Assembly: GCA_001803415.1 (NCBI GenBank)
Contig: MHDC01000023.1
Coordinates: forward strand, 1 to 58,122
Reading direction: 5' to 3'
Source: Microgenomates group bacterium RBG_16_45_19
GTDB taxonomy: Bacteria; Patescibacteriota; Microgenomatia; UBA1400; RBG-16-45-19
Length of the DNA stretch: 58,122 bases
The notes beneath the pieces were generated by a model, which did no database searches, had not been told where the DNA came from, and saw only the letters and a program-made list of their open reading frames with translations. The number at the start of each line of letters is the position of its first letter. The stretch's first letter is position 1. Shown in pieces: positions 47,085 to 55,043 of this stretch. The translations under genes and the position numbers were made by a program.

Positions 47085-48291
47085 GAGCGTAGTAGAAACG
47101 GAGAGGGAGAATGAGGGAGAGGGAGATGAGCAGGGCATAGGCACTGCCTTCGGGACCCCACCAAAGGGTAAAGGGGATGGCTAAACCGACGATGAGACCG
47201 AGGCGGATCAGGTTGATGAGGCTTAAGTAATCTTGGCGTTGGCGGGAGAGATAGATGGGATCGGTAAGGGCACCCAAGACTAACAGGACACCAGCTAGGC
47301 TCAAAATGCGCATGAGAGGGACAATGGCCAGCCATTGATCGCCGAGGATGATCAGGGTAAGCGGGCGGGCGAAAAGAAAGATGACCAAGATGATAGGAAT
47401 GATCAGGCTAGTGACGGCTAGGTAATTTTGCTTGACGGCGCGGACCAAGCGTTCCCGGTCGTCGGCAAATTTGGAGTAAACGGGAAAAGCGACCTTGTTA
47501 AAAGTCTCCATGGCTTCTTCAAAAGGAATGATGGCCAAGCGGTAGGCCATTTGGTAGAAACCAAGGCTAACGGCAGGCAGTTGACGGCCAATGATAATAT
47601 CCGGGGTTTTACCAGAAAAGTAGGCAAAGACTCCGGAAACGGTCACCCATTTACCCTGATGAAGGATAGTACGGACTTGGGCGGAGCGGAAGTGGAAGCG
47701 GGGCTTGAGGCTGGGGATAATAAAGGAAAGGACGACTTCCAGGAGAGCTGAGGCGATCATGCCCCAAACTAAACTAATGGCGGAGCGGGTGGTGAGAGCA
47801 ATGATGACTGCGACCAGGGCATCGGTGACGAGCAGCCCGGAGCGAAACAGAAATTCTGATTTAAAAGCTAGATTGCGTTGAAAAGCAATGATGGCCGGGT
47901 TGATAAAACCGCGAATTAGCGGAATAAAAGCCATGAGCCAAAGAATAGAAAGGGAATCGGGGGAACGGAAAAAAACGACTACCAAAGGGGCGGTGATAAA
48001 GATCAGCAGGGCAATCAGCAGACCGCGCATAATAGAGATGACCCAAGCGGTATTGAGATATTGCTTGAGTGCATTCTGTTTGGCTTGCTGAATCAAGAAA
48101 ACATTGATGCCGGTCTCGGTGGACATTTCGAGTAAACCCAGGACAATGGTAGCCACACCAAAGACGCCGAACTGAGCCGGAGTCAAGAGACGAGCGAGGA
48201 CAGCGGTGCGGACAATGGATAAAAGGCGCATCAAAATCCGGTACGAACCGATCCATTTGAGGCCGGAAATAGCTTGCGCGCGGTAACCCAT
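47050..48291 (-). CDS. Wzx-like polysaccharide flippase (MOP superfamily)
   Basis: ARLLTPAQFG, IIIGRQL...LGFYQMAY, VAFPVYS, many TMs. Confidence 0.88.
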   Translation of the reverse strand: MGYRAQAISGLKWIGSYRILMRLLSIVRTAVLARLLTPAQFGVFGVATIVLGLLEMSTETGINVFLIQQAKQNALKQYLNTAWVISIMRGLLIALLIFITAPLVVVFFRSPDSLSILWLMAFIPLIRGFINPAIIAFQRNLAFKSEFLFRSGLLVTDALVAVIIALTTRSAISLVWGMIASALLEVVLSFIIPSLKPRFHFRSAQVRTILHQGKWVTVSGVFAYFSGKTPDIIIGRQLPAVSLGFYQMAYRLAIIPFEEAMETFNKVAFPVYSKFADDRERLVRAVKQNYLAVTSLIIPIILVIFLFARPLTLIILGDQWLAIVPLMRILSLAGVLLVLGALTDPIYLSRQRQDYLSLINLIRLGLIVGLAIPFTLWWGPEGSAYALLISLSLILPLRFYYALKALSAPVSGT

Positions 48292-48327
48292 AGCTTATAT
48301 TGTACTGGGAATTTAGGAAAAGGATAA

Positions 48328-49272
48328 TCAGGCGACGCGATGGCGGGGGCGGCCGTAGGTAAGAGCTTGGATATTGGCTACCCAGATATCGTACAGGTTG
48401 TCCAAGGCTTCTTGAGTGAACCAGCCAAAGCCTTTTAAACCGATAGCATTCTCGATGTTGGCCAAGGGAGTATTGACCAAATCTTCGCCTTCGTAAGCAT
48501 AGCCGTAGACTTTGCCTGACTTCAAAGCATTGGCCATAGCTTTTTCATTGACTAATTCACGGTCCACGGTATTAACGATGATAACGCCTAATTTCATCAT
48601 TTTTAGTTGAGGGCTGCCAATCAAATTAACGTTGTCTGGTTCGTGAGTGGTGTGCAGGGAAATGGCGTCAGATTGGCGCAAGAGTGATAATAAGCTAACC
48701 ATTCTAATACCCGATGGCTTTTTCGGTGAACGGTTAAAAGCAATCACTTTCATGCCAATTCCCTGAGCTAGTTCAGCTACCCGACTCCCAATATTACCTA
48801 AGCCAATAATGCCTAAAGTTTTACCTTTGAACTCAAAGCCCATACCTAATTGGTATTTGCCTTTTTGGGTTTGGCGGTCGGTGATCAGGATGCGTTTGGC
48901 GAGACAAAGTAAGAGCGCTAAAGTGTGTTCGGCCACCGATTCGCGGGAGTAACCTGGAATATTGCTGACAGGCAGGTGGCGGTTTTTACAGTATTTAAGG
49001 TCGATCCAGCCAAAGGAGGTGGTGGAGAGACAAACGCCTTTAAGATTGGGAAGCGAATCCATAACTTTGGTTAATTGCGGTTCAGCTTTTTCAAAGCCTC
49101 CAAAAGGATCAGGGTCGGGGGCAATGATATCGGCACCTTTAGCCATGGATAATAGTTGGGAAATGGGGAGGGATTGGCGGTTCTGGGTATAAGTAACTTG
49201 GCCCAGCTTGCCAATAGCCCGTTGTTGAGCCAATTTAAATTCTGATTTCGGCGCGTAGATAGCGATTTTCAT
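48328..49272 (-). CDS. D-2-hydroxyacid dehydrogenase-like NAD-binding protein (atypical active site)
   Basis: SVAEH, GKTLGIIGLGNIG, DAISLH, IIVNT. Confidence 0.82.
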   Translation of the reverse strand: MKIAIYAPKSEFKLAQQRAIGKLGQVTYTQNRQSLPISQLLSMAKGADIIAPDPDPFGGFEKAEPQLTKVMDSLPNLKGVCLSTTSFGWIDLKYCKNRHLPVSNIPGYSRESVAEHTLALLLCLAKRILITDRQTQKGKYQLGMGFEFKGKTLGIIGLGNIGSRVAELAQGIGMKVIAFNRSPKKPSGIRMVSLLSLLRQSDAISLHTTHEPDNVNLIGSPQLKMMKLGVIIVNTVDRELVNEKAMANALKSGKVYGYAYEGEDLVNTPLANIENAIGLKGFGWFTQEALDNLYDIWVANIQALTYGRPRHRVA

Positions 49273-49297
49273 ATATGTCCATTACTGGTAACATATA
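49272..49297. promoter_or_regulatory. Imperfect palindrome between the dehydrogenase and TrmB genes (candidate operator)
   Basis: TATATGT-CCA-TTAC-TGG-TA-ACATATA overlapping the dehydrogenase start. Confidence 0.35.
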
Positions 49298-49377
49298 ATT
49301 GATCGGTATCTTATTACCTGGTATATTAATTGTCATGGTGTTGTCCAATATGGTAGACAATGGTATAATATAGGCCT

Positions 49378-50205
49378 ATGGAAATTAGTAATTTGTTGGC
49401 CAAATTTGGCTTAAGCGAGCGGGAACAAGAAGTTTATTTGATGTTGATAAAACGAAGTTGGAGCACGGCTTTACAATTAGCGCGGGTCGGCAACGTAAAA
49501 AGGACCACCTTGTACCGAGTGTTAGAAAGCTTGGCTAAAAAAGGCTTGGTGGAGACACAAATAGATGATAAAACAACTTTCTACAATGCAGCTGATCCAA
49601 AGCAGTTTGAGTCGTTGATTATACAACAGGAATCAAGGGCAAAACATTTACGGAAAGCTTACGGTGACTTGAGCAAACACTTGAGTATTCTGACACAAGC
49701 AATTAGCAAAAAGGAAACTGCCGTTCGATTCTATCGAGGTCTGAAGGGTCTAGAGTATTTGGAGTGGAAGCGGTGCGAGCGACCCAAGATTGATATTTGT
49801 ATTTTTGATTCTGGTGATTTTTGGTTTGAATTCTTAGGCAGGGAATTTGCAGAAGCAATCCGGGCAGAAACAGTTAAACAGAAAATCCTAATTCGAGAAT
49901 TGGGCAATCCATCAACTACTTACCCGGTTGAAAAGGATGGTGCTTGTTCGTGGACTGATAATCGGGAGTATGTATTAAAGCACTATGTCCATCGATTAGT
50001 TGAAAAGAACGAATTGAATATTACTCAAGACATTTATATTGTGGGTGGCGATTTCATCCATATTCATGGTTATCGGGATAATGACATCTTTGGAGTGGAA
50101 CTAGTGAGTCGGTATTTCACGACAATGATGAAGCAACTATTCGAAACAATTTGGAACCGGGCAAAAGTGGTCGATAACTTTGGTGGAAAAAACGTTAAGA
50201 AATAA
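49378..50205 (+). CDS. TrmB-family transcriptional regulator
   Basis: GLSEREQEVYLML...RTTLYRVLESLAKKGLV, VRFYRG; TGnTATAAT 8 nt before the ATG. Confidence 0.88.
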   Translation: MEISNLLAKFGLSEREQEVYLMLIKRSWSTALQLARVGNVKRTTLYRVLESLAKKGLVETQIDDKTTFYNAADPKQFESLIIQQESRAKHLRKAYGDLSKHLSILTQAISKKETAVRFYRGLKGLEYLEWKRCERPKIDICIFDSGDFWFEFLGREFAEAIRAETVKQKILIRELGNPSTTYPVEKDGACSWTDNREYVLKHYVHRLVEKNELNITQDIYIVGGDFIHIHGYRDNDIFGVELVSRYFTTMMKQLFETIWNRAKVVDNFGGKNVKK

Positions 50206-50232
50206 TCAGGTTTATAGTTGGGCGAAACATCG

Positions 50233-50565
50233 TTAAGTCAATAATTTGGAGAGAATTTGGTGCATTGCGACAATTTCTTTGGGGGAAATGGTGCCGAGTT
50301 TTCTGATCAAGCGGCGGCTATCGATGATATAAAGATACCAACAAAGCAGGACGGAATCCTTGGCTAGAGCGGGATTAGTTTTGAGTTTAAGTTCGAAGCG
50401 ATTAGCTTTCTCCATTTGGGTGGTAAGGAGAGCAATCAACACAAAGCGAGGATTGAGTCGAGTAACAGTGCTGGTAACGATTACGGCCGGCCGGTATTTC
50501 TTGATACCGGCGCCGATGGAGGGGTGGAATTTGACTAAATAGATATCACCGTCTTGGGTTACCAT
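50233..50565 (-). CDS. PemK/MazF-family toxin
   Basis: GDIYLVKF, KYRPAVIV, ALLTT, IDSRRL...KLG; start MVTQ at 50565 overlaps the antitoxin by 20 nt. Confidence 0.88.
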   Translation of the reverse strand: MVTQDGDIYLVKFHPSIGAGIKKYRPAVIVTSTVTRLNPRFVLIALLTTQMEKANRFELKLKTNPALAKDSVLLCWYLYIIDSRRLIRKLGTISPKEIVAMHQILSKLLT

Positions 50566-50815
50566 GCTCCCGCTCCTCAAGATAATCCCAAAGAGTATCC
50601 AAACCAGCTTGCTCGCTGGATGCGATAACACCTAACCCTGGCCGATTGGTAAAACGTAATTTCGTCAGGATGGCTTCTAAGGCCAGTTGGGTGAGGAGAC
50701 GACTGCGATCAGTATCGGGGAAAAGTCGATCCAATTCCTCAACCACAAGTTTGGGCATTTTGATTTGAACCCGGCGATCGGTTTTGACCGAACCAGAAGA
50801 AAGCAGTTGTAACAT
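50546..50815 (-). CDS. Putative ribbon-helix-helix antitoxin
   Basis: RVQIKMPKLVVEELDRL...RSRLLTQLALEAI; immediately upstream of the toxin. Confidence 0.75.
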   Translation of the reverse strand: MLQLLSSGSVKTDRRVQIKMPKLVVEELDRLFPDTDRSRLLTQLALEAILTKLRFTNRPGLGVIASSEQAGLDTLWDYLEEREHGNPRR

Positions 50816-50862
50816 CTCATGGAGAGTTAAATAGTGTTCGGCTTTTCAGTATAATGATGTTT

Positions 50863-51870
50863 ATGACTAAAGGTCAGTACAGCGTCTCAGATGCGGTATT
50901 AAAAAAGCCGGATTTGTTGGAGCGAGAAGAAACAGTGCTTAGAGATATCACTAAGCGCAGTGGATTTGAAGCGGAAAAGCGGTTGGGGGACAGCCGCTAT
51001 TGGACCAGAGATTTTGCCGGGGCGGTGTTTTATCTGGGAAAGTATCAAGGCAAAGCGGCGGTGTTAAAAATTCAAGGGACCAAGCCACCGATAGCGGAGA
51101 TTGACCAGATTGAAAATTTTGCAGCCCAGAATCAAAGTCAAGTGATCCGGCCGCCAAAATTGTATGGGTACTTAAAATGGGATGAAACTAATAAATATGA
51201 AGCCTTGTTTTTAGAAGAGGTGGAAGGCAAGCCCATTGTCAGTTGCCCGACAAATGGTGAGGAGTTGAAAGAGTTTTTTGAGTTATACCAGGAGTATCGA
51301 CAAAATTGTCTGATCAAGCCGTGGCTGCCAAAACCGGAATTGACGTTGCCGGAGATCATCGAAGCTGATTTCAATAATTGGCGGCTGATTGCCAAGAAGT
51401 TATATCCAGTTCACCCTTTAAGGAAAGCCAACGACGCCGGTTTAATCGGGGTGGTGGTGGCTAAATTAAAGAATGAATATCAAGCTTACGAACCGCAGTT
51501 TATTCATGGGCATTTTTCTTACTTAGATTTGCTTAAGACCAAGAGCGGGGAAGTGATCTTATTCTCCAATTTATTTTGGAAGTACAAGGCGCCATGGTAT
51601 GACTCGGTATTCGGGCAGCACTGGTTTAGGTACCGGTTATCGTCGATTAAGGAAATCGCCCCGAAAGAAGTAGAAGCGCAAAGAGAGCTGTGGCTAAAGG
51701 AGATTTGGGCGTTGGCTCAAAATGAAGAAGATAAAAAACTGATAAACTTGGCCTTGCTCGAGCGGGCGGCGGCGGGCTTGAATTTAGATGCGTTAAGCGT
51801 AGACCCGAAAATCCCGATTACCGAATATTTAGTGGAAGCGACCAGACAGGAAGTGAAGCGACTGCTTTAG
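50863..51870 (+). CDS. Aminoglycoside-phosphotransferase/kinase-fold protein with variant catalytic motifs
   Basis: AVLKI, RPPKLY, LFLEEV, IHGHFS; ATG 50863 lies 7 nt after TATAAT. Confidence 0.7.
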   Translation: MTKGQYSVSDAVLKKPDLLEREETVLRDITKRSGFEAEKRLGDSRYWTRDFAGAVFYLGKYQGKAAVLKIQGTKPPIAEIDQIENFAAQNQSQVIRPPKLYGYLKWDETNKYEALFLEEVEGKPIVSCPTNGEELKEFFELYQEYRQNCLIKPWLPKPELTLPEIIEADFNNWRLIAKKLYPVHPLRKANDAGLIGVVVAKLKNEYQAYEPQFIHGHFSYLDLLKTKSGEVILFSNLFWKYKAPWYDSVFGQHWFRYRLSSIKEIAPKEVEAQRELWLKEIWALAQNEEDKKLINLALLERAAAGLNLDALSVDPKIPITEYLVEATRQEVKRLL

Positions 51871-51908
51871 GATGAAATTTTTCGATATCTAACCGCCCTG
51901 CCTTGGCC
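51764..51908 (+). repeat. 145-bp direct repeat, copy 1
   Basis: Manual ungapped alignment to 53020-53164 gives 18 mismatches. Confidence 0.95.
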
Positions 51909-52931
51909 CAAGCGTTCTATTTTCTTTAAATCAATTAGTTTATCGGTAACTTGATTAATTGTTGGTCGGGGAATCTCGAGTTCCTCCGAGAGCTCTTTTG
52001 GGGTCGCCTCAGTGAACTTTTTTAAATATTCCCAGACTTTAAGTTGGGAGGGCGAGAGGATTTTTTCCAGATTTTCCAAACTTAATAAATCGAGAGCGAG
52101 AGTTGATTGTTTTAATACAACATCTAAAAAGAAGTCAATCCAGGGAACAATGGTAGGCTGCTTGGTTTTAAAGGTTTTCTGACTCTTCCGTAAAGCTAAG
52201 TAATAATCCGGCTTATTATCTTCAATAATTTTTTCGTGGGAAACATATGGCATATAGCTATATCCGACTTGCAATAGCAGTAAATTGGTTAATATCCGTG
52301 ACAATCGACCATTCCCGTCTTGGAAGGGATGAATTTGCAGAAACTGAACGACAAAATGGCTAATGACTAATAGGGGATGATGGCTTTCTCCGGATAGGGC
52401 AGTTTGGGTTGCCCCGGTTAATTCGGTCATGGCAAAAGGGGTGAGATAAGCGGGGGTGGTGTCAAATAAGAGACCAACTGATTGACCGGCGGCGTTGATC
52501 ATTTGGACTTTGTTTTCTTGCTTTTTATACTCCCCTCGGTGAGCTTGGTCTTTATCGACGTATTTTAAGAGTTCCAGGTGAAAGTGTTTAATCAAGTTTT
52601 CAGAAAAGCGTAAGCTTTCCCATGAATCAATGACATTGACTAAGAGCTCGAAATAACCCCGAACTTCTTGCTGATCCCGATCAGCGAATTGTTGGATTGA
52701 GATACCACGCATGAGTTTTTGGATATCCTCATCGGATAACTTAGAGCCTTCAATGCGGGTGGATGCCCCGGTCGAGGTGATAATAACCGATTTTTTTAAC
52801 CGGCTCAAAATCTGGGGGTTGAGTTTGGCGCCGCCAACCCATTGACCCCTCAAACCATCAATTTGGGCAATTTTTTGCCAGATTGAGGCTGGGAGATTTT
52901 TAAGCAGGTGATCAAGAGAAGAAAGGTTCAT
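51867..52931 (-). CDS. Fic-family protein with C-terminal winged HTH
   Basis: STRIEG inhibitory motif, HPFQDGNGRLSR, C-terminal HTH ending GQGRAVRY. Confidence 0.93.
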   Translation of the reverse strand: MNLSSLDHLLKNLPASIWQKIAQIDGLRGQWVGGAKLNPQILSRLKKSVIITSTGASTRIEGSKLSDEDIQKLMRGISIQQFADRDQQEVRGYFELLVNVIDSWESLRFSENLIKHFHLELLKYVDKDQAHRGEYKKQENKVQMINAAGQSVGLLFDTTPAYLTPFAMTELTGATQTALSGESHHPLLVISHFVVQFLQIHPFQDGNGRLSRILTNLLLLQVGYSYMPYVSHEKIIEDNKPDYYLALRKSQKTFKTKQPTIVPWIDFFLDVVLKQSTLALDLLSLENLEKILSPSQLKVWEYLKKFTEATPKELSEELEIPRPTINQVTDKLIDLKKIERLGQGRAVRYRKISS

Positions 52932-53019
52932 GGGGGGGTTCTTATATTCTGGATATATATGATTATATAAGATTATCGATTAAGGTACAAGAGATCTTTG
53001 GGCAGGGATGACATGCGGT

Positions 53020-53164
53020 GGGCGGCGGCGGGCTTGAATTTAGATGCGTTGAGCGTAGATCCGAAAATCCCGATTACCGAATATTTAGTTGAGTCAACAC
53101 GGATGGAAGTGAAGCGACTGCTTTAGGATACAATTTTTTGGTATCTGACCGCCCGGCCTTGACC
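53020..53164 (+). repeat. 145-bp direct repeat, copy 2 (orphan 3' ends of the kinase-fold and Fic genes)
   Basis: Encodes AAAGLNLDALSVDPKIPITEYLVESTRMEVKRLL* on + and GQGRAVRYQKIVS* on -. Confidence 0.95.
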
Positions 53165-53202
53165 TGATTCGTAATTAGGCTTATGTTTGGGTTGTTTGCA
53201 AG

Positions 53203-53745
53203 TCAATAGAATAGGTGAGATAAATAACCCTTGTGGTACAAGGCCAGGAGCATTCCTAGTAACATAAAACCGGTTAATTGTTTCGCCTTTATATGCCATC
53301 TGAATTTCCCGATAAAATAGAGACATCCAATTATCAAAATCAGATGGATAATGCGGATTGCTTCAAAAGGGTAGGTATTTAGTTGGTAGATATAGCCTGG
53401 GTAAGGAATACCAGGTAAGAAACTAAAATTTCTGGCAGCCTCTATGGTTCTCCAGGTTATTAACACGGGAGATATGTGCGGGAGAATGTAGACGCTGTCA
53501 AAGATCTGGTCAAGCAGAATATGGGTTGTCTGTAGTATAAGAGCATTAAATAAGATTTCTTTTAATGGAATTGAATTATTAAGTCCGAATAGCCATCTAG
53601 CCACGAGCAAAACAAGGGTAAAAAAAAGGAATCCTAAACCGTATTGTATGGCGGCAGTGAAGATTAGAGGGAGAAAAAAATCGATGATGCCCATTAGAAT
53701 AATCATAGCTTGGCATTTGAGTATTAGACAATACACATAGAACAT
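53203..53745 (-). CDS. Hypothetical AT-rich membrane protein
   Basis: Several hydrophobic segments; composition visibly AT-richer than the flanks; start uncertain. Confidence 0.6.
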   Translation of the reverse strand: MFYVYCLILKCQAMIILMGIIDFFLPLIFTAAIQYGLGFLFFTLVLLVARWLFGLNNSIPLKEILFNALILQTTHILLDQIFDSVYILPHISPVLITWRTIEAARNFSFLPGIPYPGYIYQLNTYPFEAIRIIHLILIIGCLYFIGKFRWHIKAKQLTGFMLLGMLLALYHKGYLSHLFY

Positions 53746-53787
53746 TGACCTTGCGTAAAAGACCCGAAGGGTGGTAGAACCGTACTT

Positions 53788-54594
53788 ATGATATGGGATA
53801 ATTTGGCGATTGTGGATGTGGAGACGACCGGGGGTCGGCCACCGTTTAACCGGGTGATTGAGATTGGCGTGGTAGCGGTAGACTACGGACGGGTAAGCGG
53901 GACTTATTCGCAGTTGATTAATCCTGAGTGCTGGCTGCCGCCGGAAATTACCAGCCTCACCGGGATCACCCCGGATCAGTTAGAAAATCAGCCGACATTT
54001 CCACAACTGGTACACCGGTTATTCCCATTTTTAGACGGCCGAGTGATGGTGGCTCATAACGTCCGGTTTGATTTGAGCTTCTTGAAAGCCGAGTTTGACC
54101 GGTTGGGGTATACCTACAACCCCAAACACTGGTGCTCGGTTCGCTTATCCCGGCGGTTATTCCCTCAATACCGAAGCCACGCTTTAGACCGGATCATTGA
54201 GCGGCACGGAATTAAAGTAGCCTTAAGACATCGGGCGCTGGATGATGCCCTGGTAATTTGGGAGTTTATGCAAAAACTTGAACCTCAAGTAAAGACTGGC
54301 TTAATCGAAAAAGCCGTGGGTGAGGTGTTAAAGACACCGGCTTGGCCACCGCGATTGGCGAAAAGTACTTTGGATAAACTGCCAGCGGCACCGGGTGTCT
54401 ACATTTTTTATGACGCTGAGGGGGTGCCGGCGGCGGGGGATTTAGAATCGCAATTAATTGAAGCGCGACTGGTTAAGGAACAACAACCGATCTATAACCG
54501 GAAATTGAGAACCACCCGGGAGTTAATGGCTTTGGCTTTAGTGATGGATAGCCAAAAATATTTAAAAGCCGACAGCAGGCGGCAGAATGGCTGA
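53788..54594 (+). CDS. DEDDh 3'-5' exonuclease (Pol III epsilon-like) with a degenerate GIY-YIG tail
   Basis: VDVETTG, VAHNVRFD, HRALDDA; then LPAAPGVYIFY without the YIG half. Confidence 0.85.
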   Translation: MIWDNLAIVDVETTGGRPPFNRVIEIGVVAVDYGRVSGTYSQLINPECWLPPEITSLTGITPDQLENQPTFPQLVHRLFPFLDGRVMVAHNVRFDLSFLKAEFDRLGYTYNPKHWCSVRLSRRLFPQYRSHALDRIIERHGIKVALRHRALDDALVIWEFMQKLEPQVKTGLIEKAVGEVLKTPAWPPRLAKSTLDKLPAAPGVYIFYDAEGVPAAGDLESQLIEARLVKEQQPIYNRKLRTTRELMALALVMDSQKYLKADSRRQNG

Positions 54595-55043
54595 GGGCTC
54601 TAACCGAAGAGCAGCAGTTGTGCTAGAAATGGATGGGGTTGGAAAAAACCAAGCGGGGGTGTTTTGGCTATCATTTAGGTCAATGCCGCGGAGCTTGCGT
54701 GGGACGCGAGCCAGCGGCTAAATATAACTTGAGGGTACTCAAAGCGTTAAAGCAGAAAAAAATGTTGGATTGGCCGTTTGCCGGGGTGATTGCCATTAGG
54801 GAAGAAAATGAGGTTAACGACCGAGCGGTGACACATATTTTTGATAATTGGCAGCATTTAGGGACGATAAGCGATGAGGCGGAAATAAACACCCCCGGGG
54901 TGTGGGCGCAATTCACCCCGGGGGTGAACAAGTCTAGATTAGACCTAGATACCTATAAAATCCTGAAGCGATATTTGCAGGCAAATGTAAACAGAGTAAG
55001 GTTGGTATCAGGTGATAAAATCAAGTCATGGATTACCGATTGA
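54558..55043 (+). pseudogene. Frameshifted, nonsense-interrupted UvrC/Cho-like C-terminal part of the exonuclease gene
   Basis: Alternative frame IFKSRQQAAEWLRALTEEQQLC*KWMGLEKTKRGCFGYHLGQCRGAC; TAG at 54624-54626. Confidence 0.8.
54889..54928. repeat. Tandem pair of CACCCC-N-GGGGTG palindromes (copies 3 and 4)
   Basis: ACACCCC-C-GGGGTGT and TTCACCCC-G-GGGGTGAA, in frame as NTPGVWAQFTPGVN. Confidence 0.85.

Noticed and set aside
53013-53126. 37-aa ORF MRWAAAGLNL...
   Set aside because: It is the duplicated kinase 3' end with a fortuitous ATG; treated as part of the repeat.
53123-53326. 67-aa ORF ending like the Fic protein
   Set aside because: Only the last 13 codons are Fic-like (repeat copy 2); the rest overlaps another gene out of frame.
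54624-54626. Stop-codon recoding at the in-frame TAG
   Set aside because: Other lesions in the same gene point to decay; TAG and TGA terminate many intact genes in this window.
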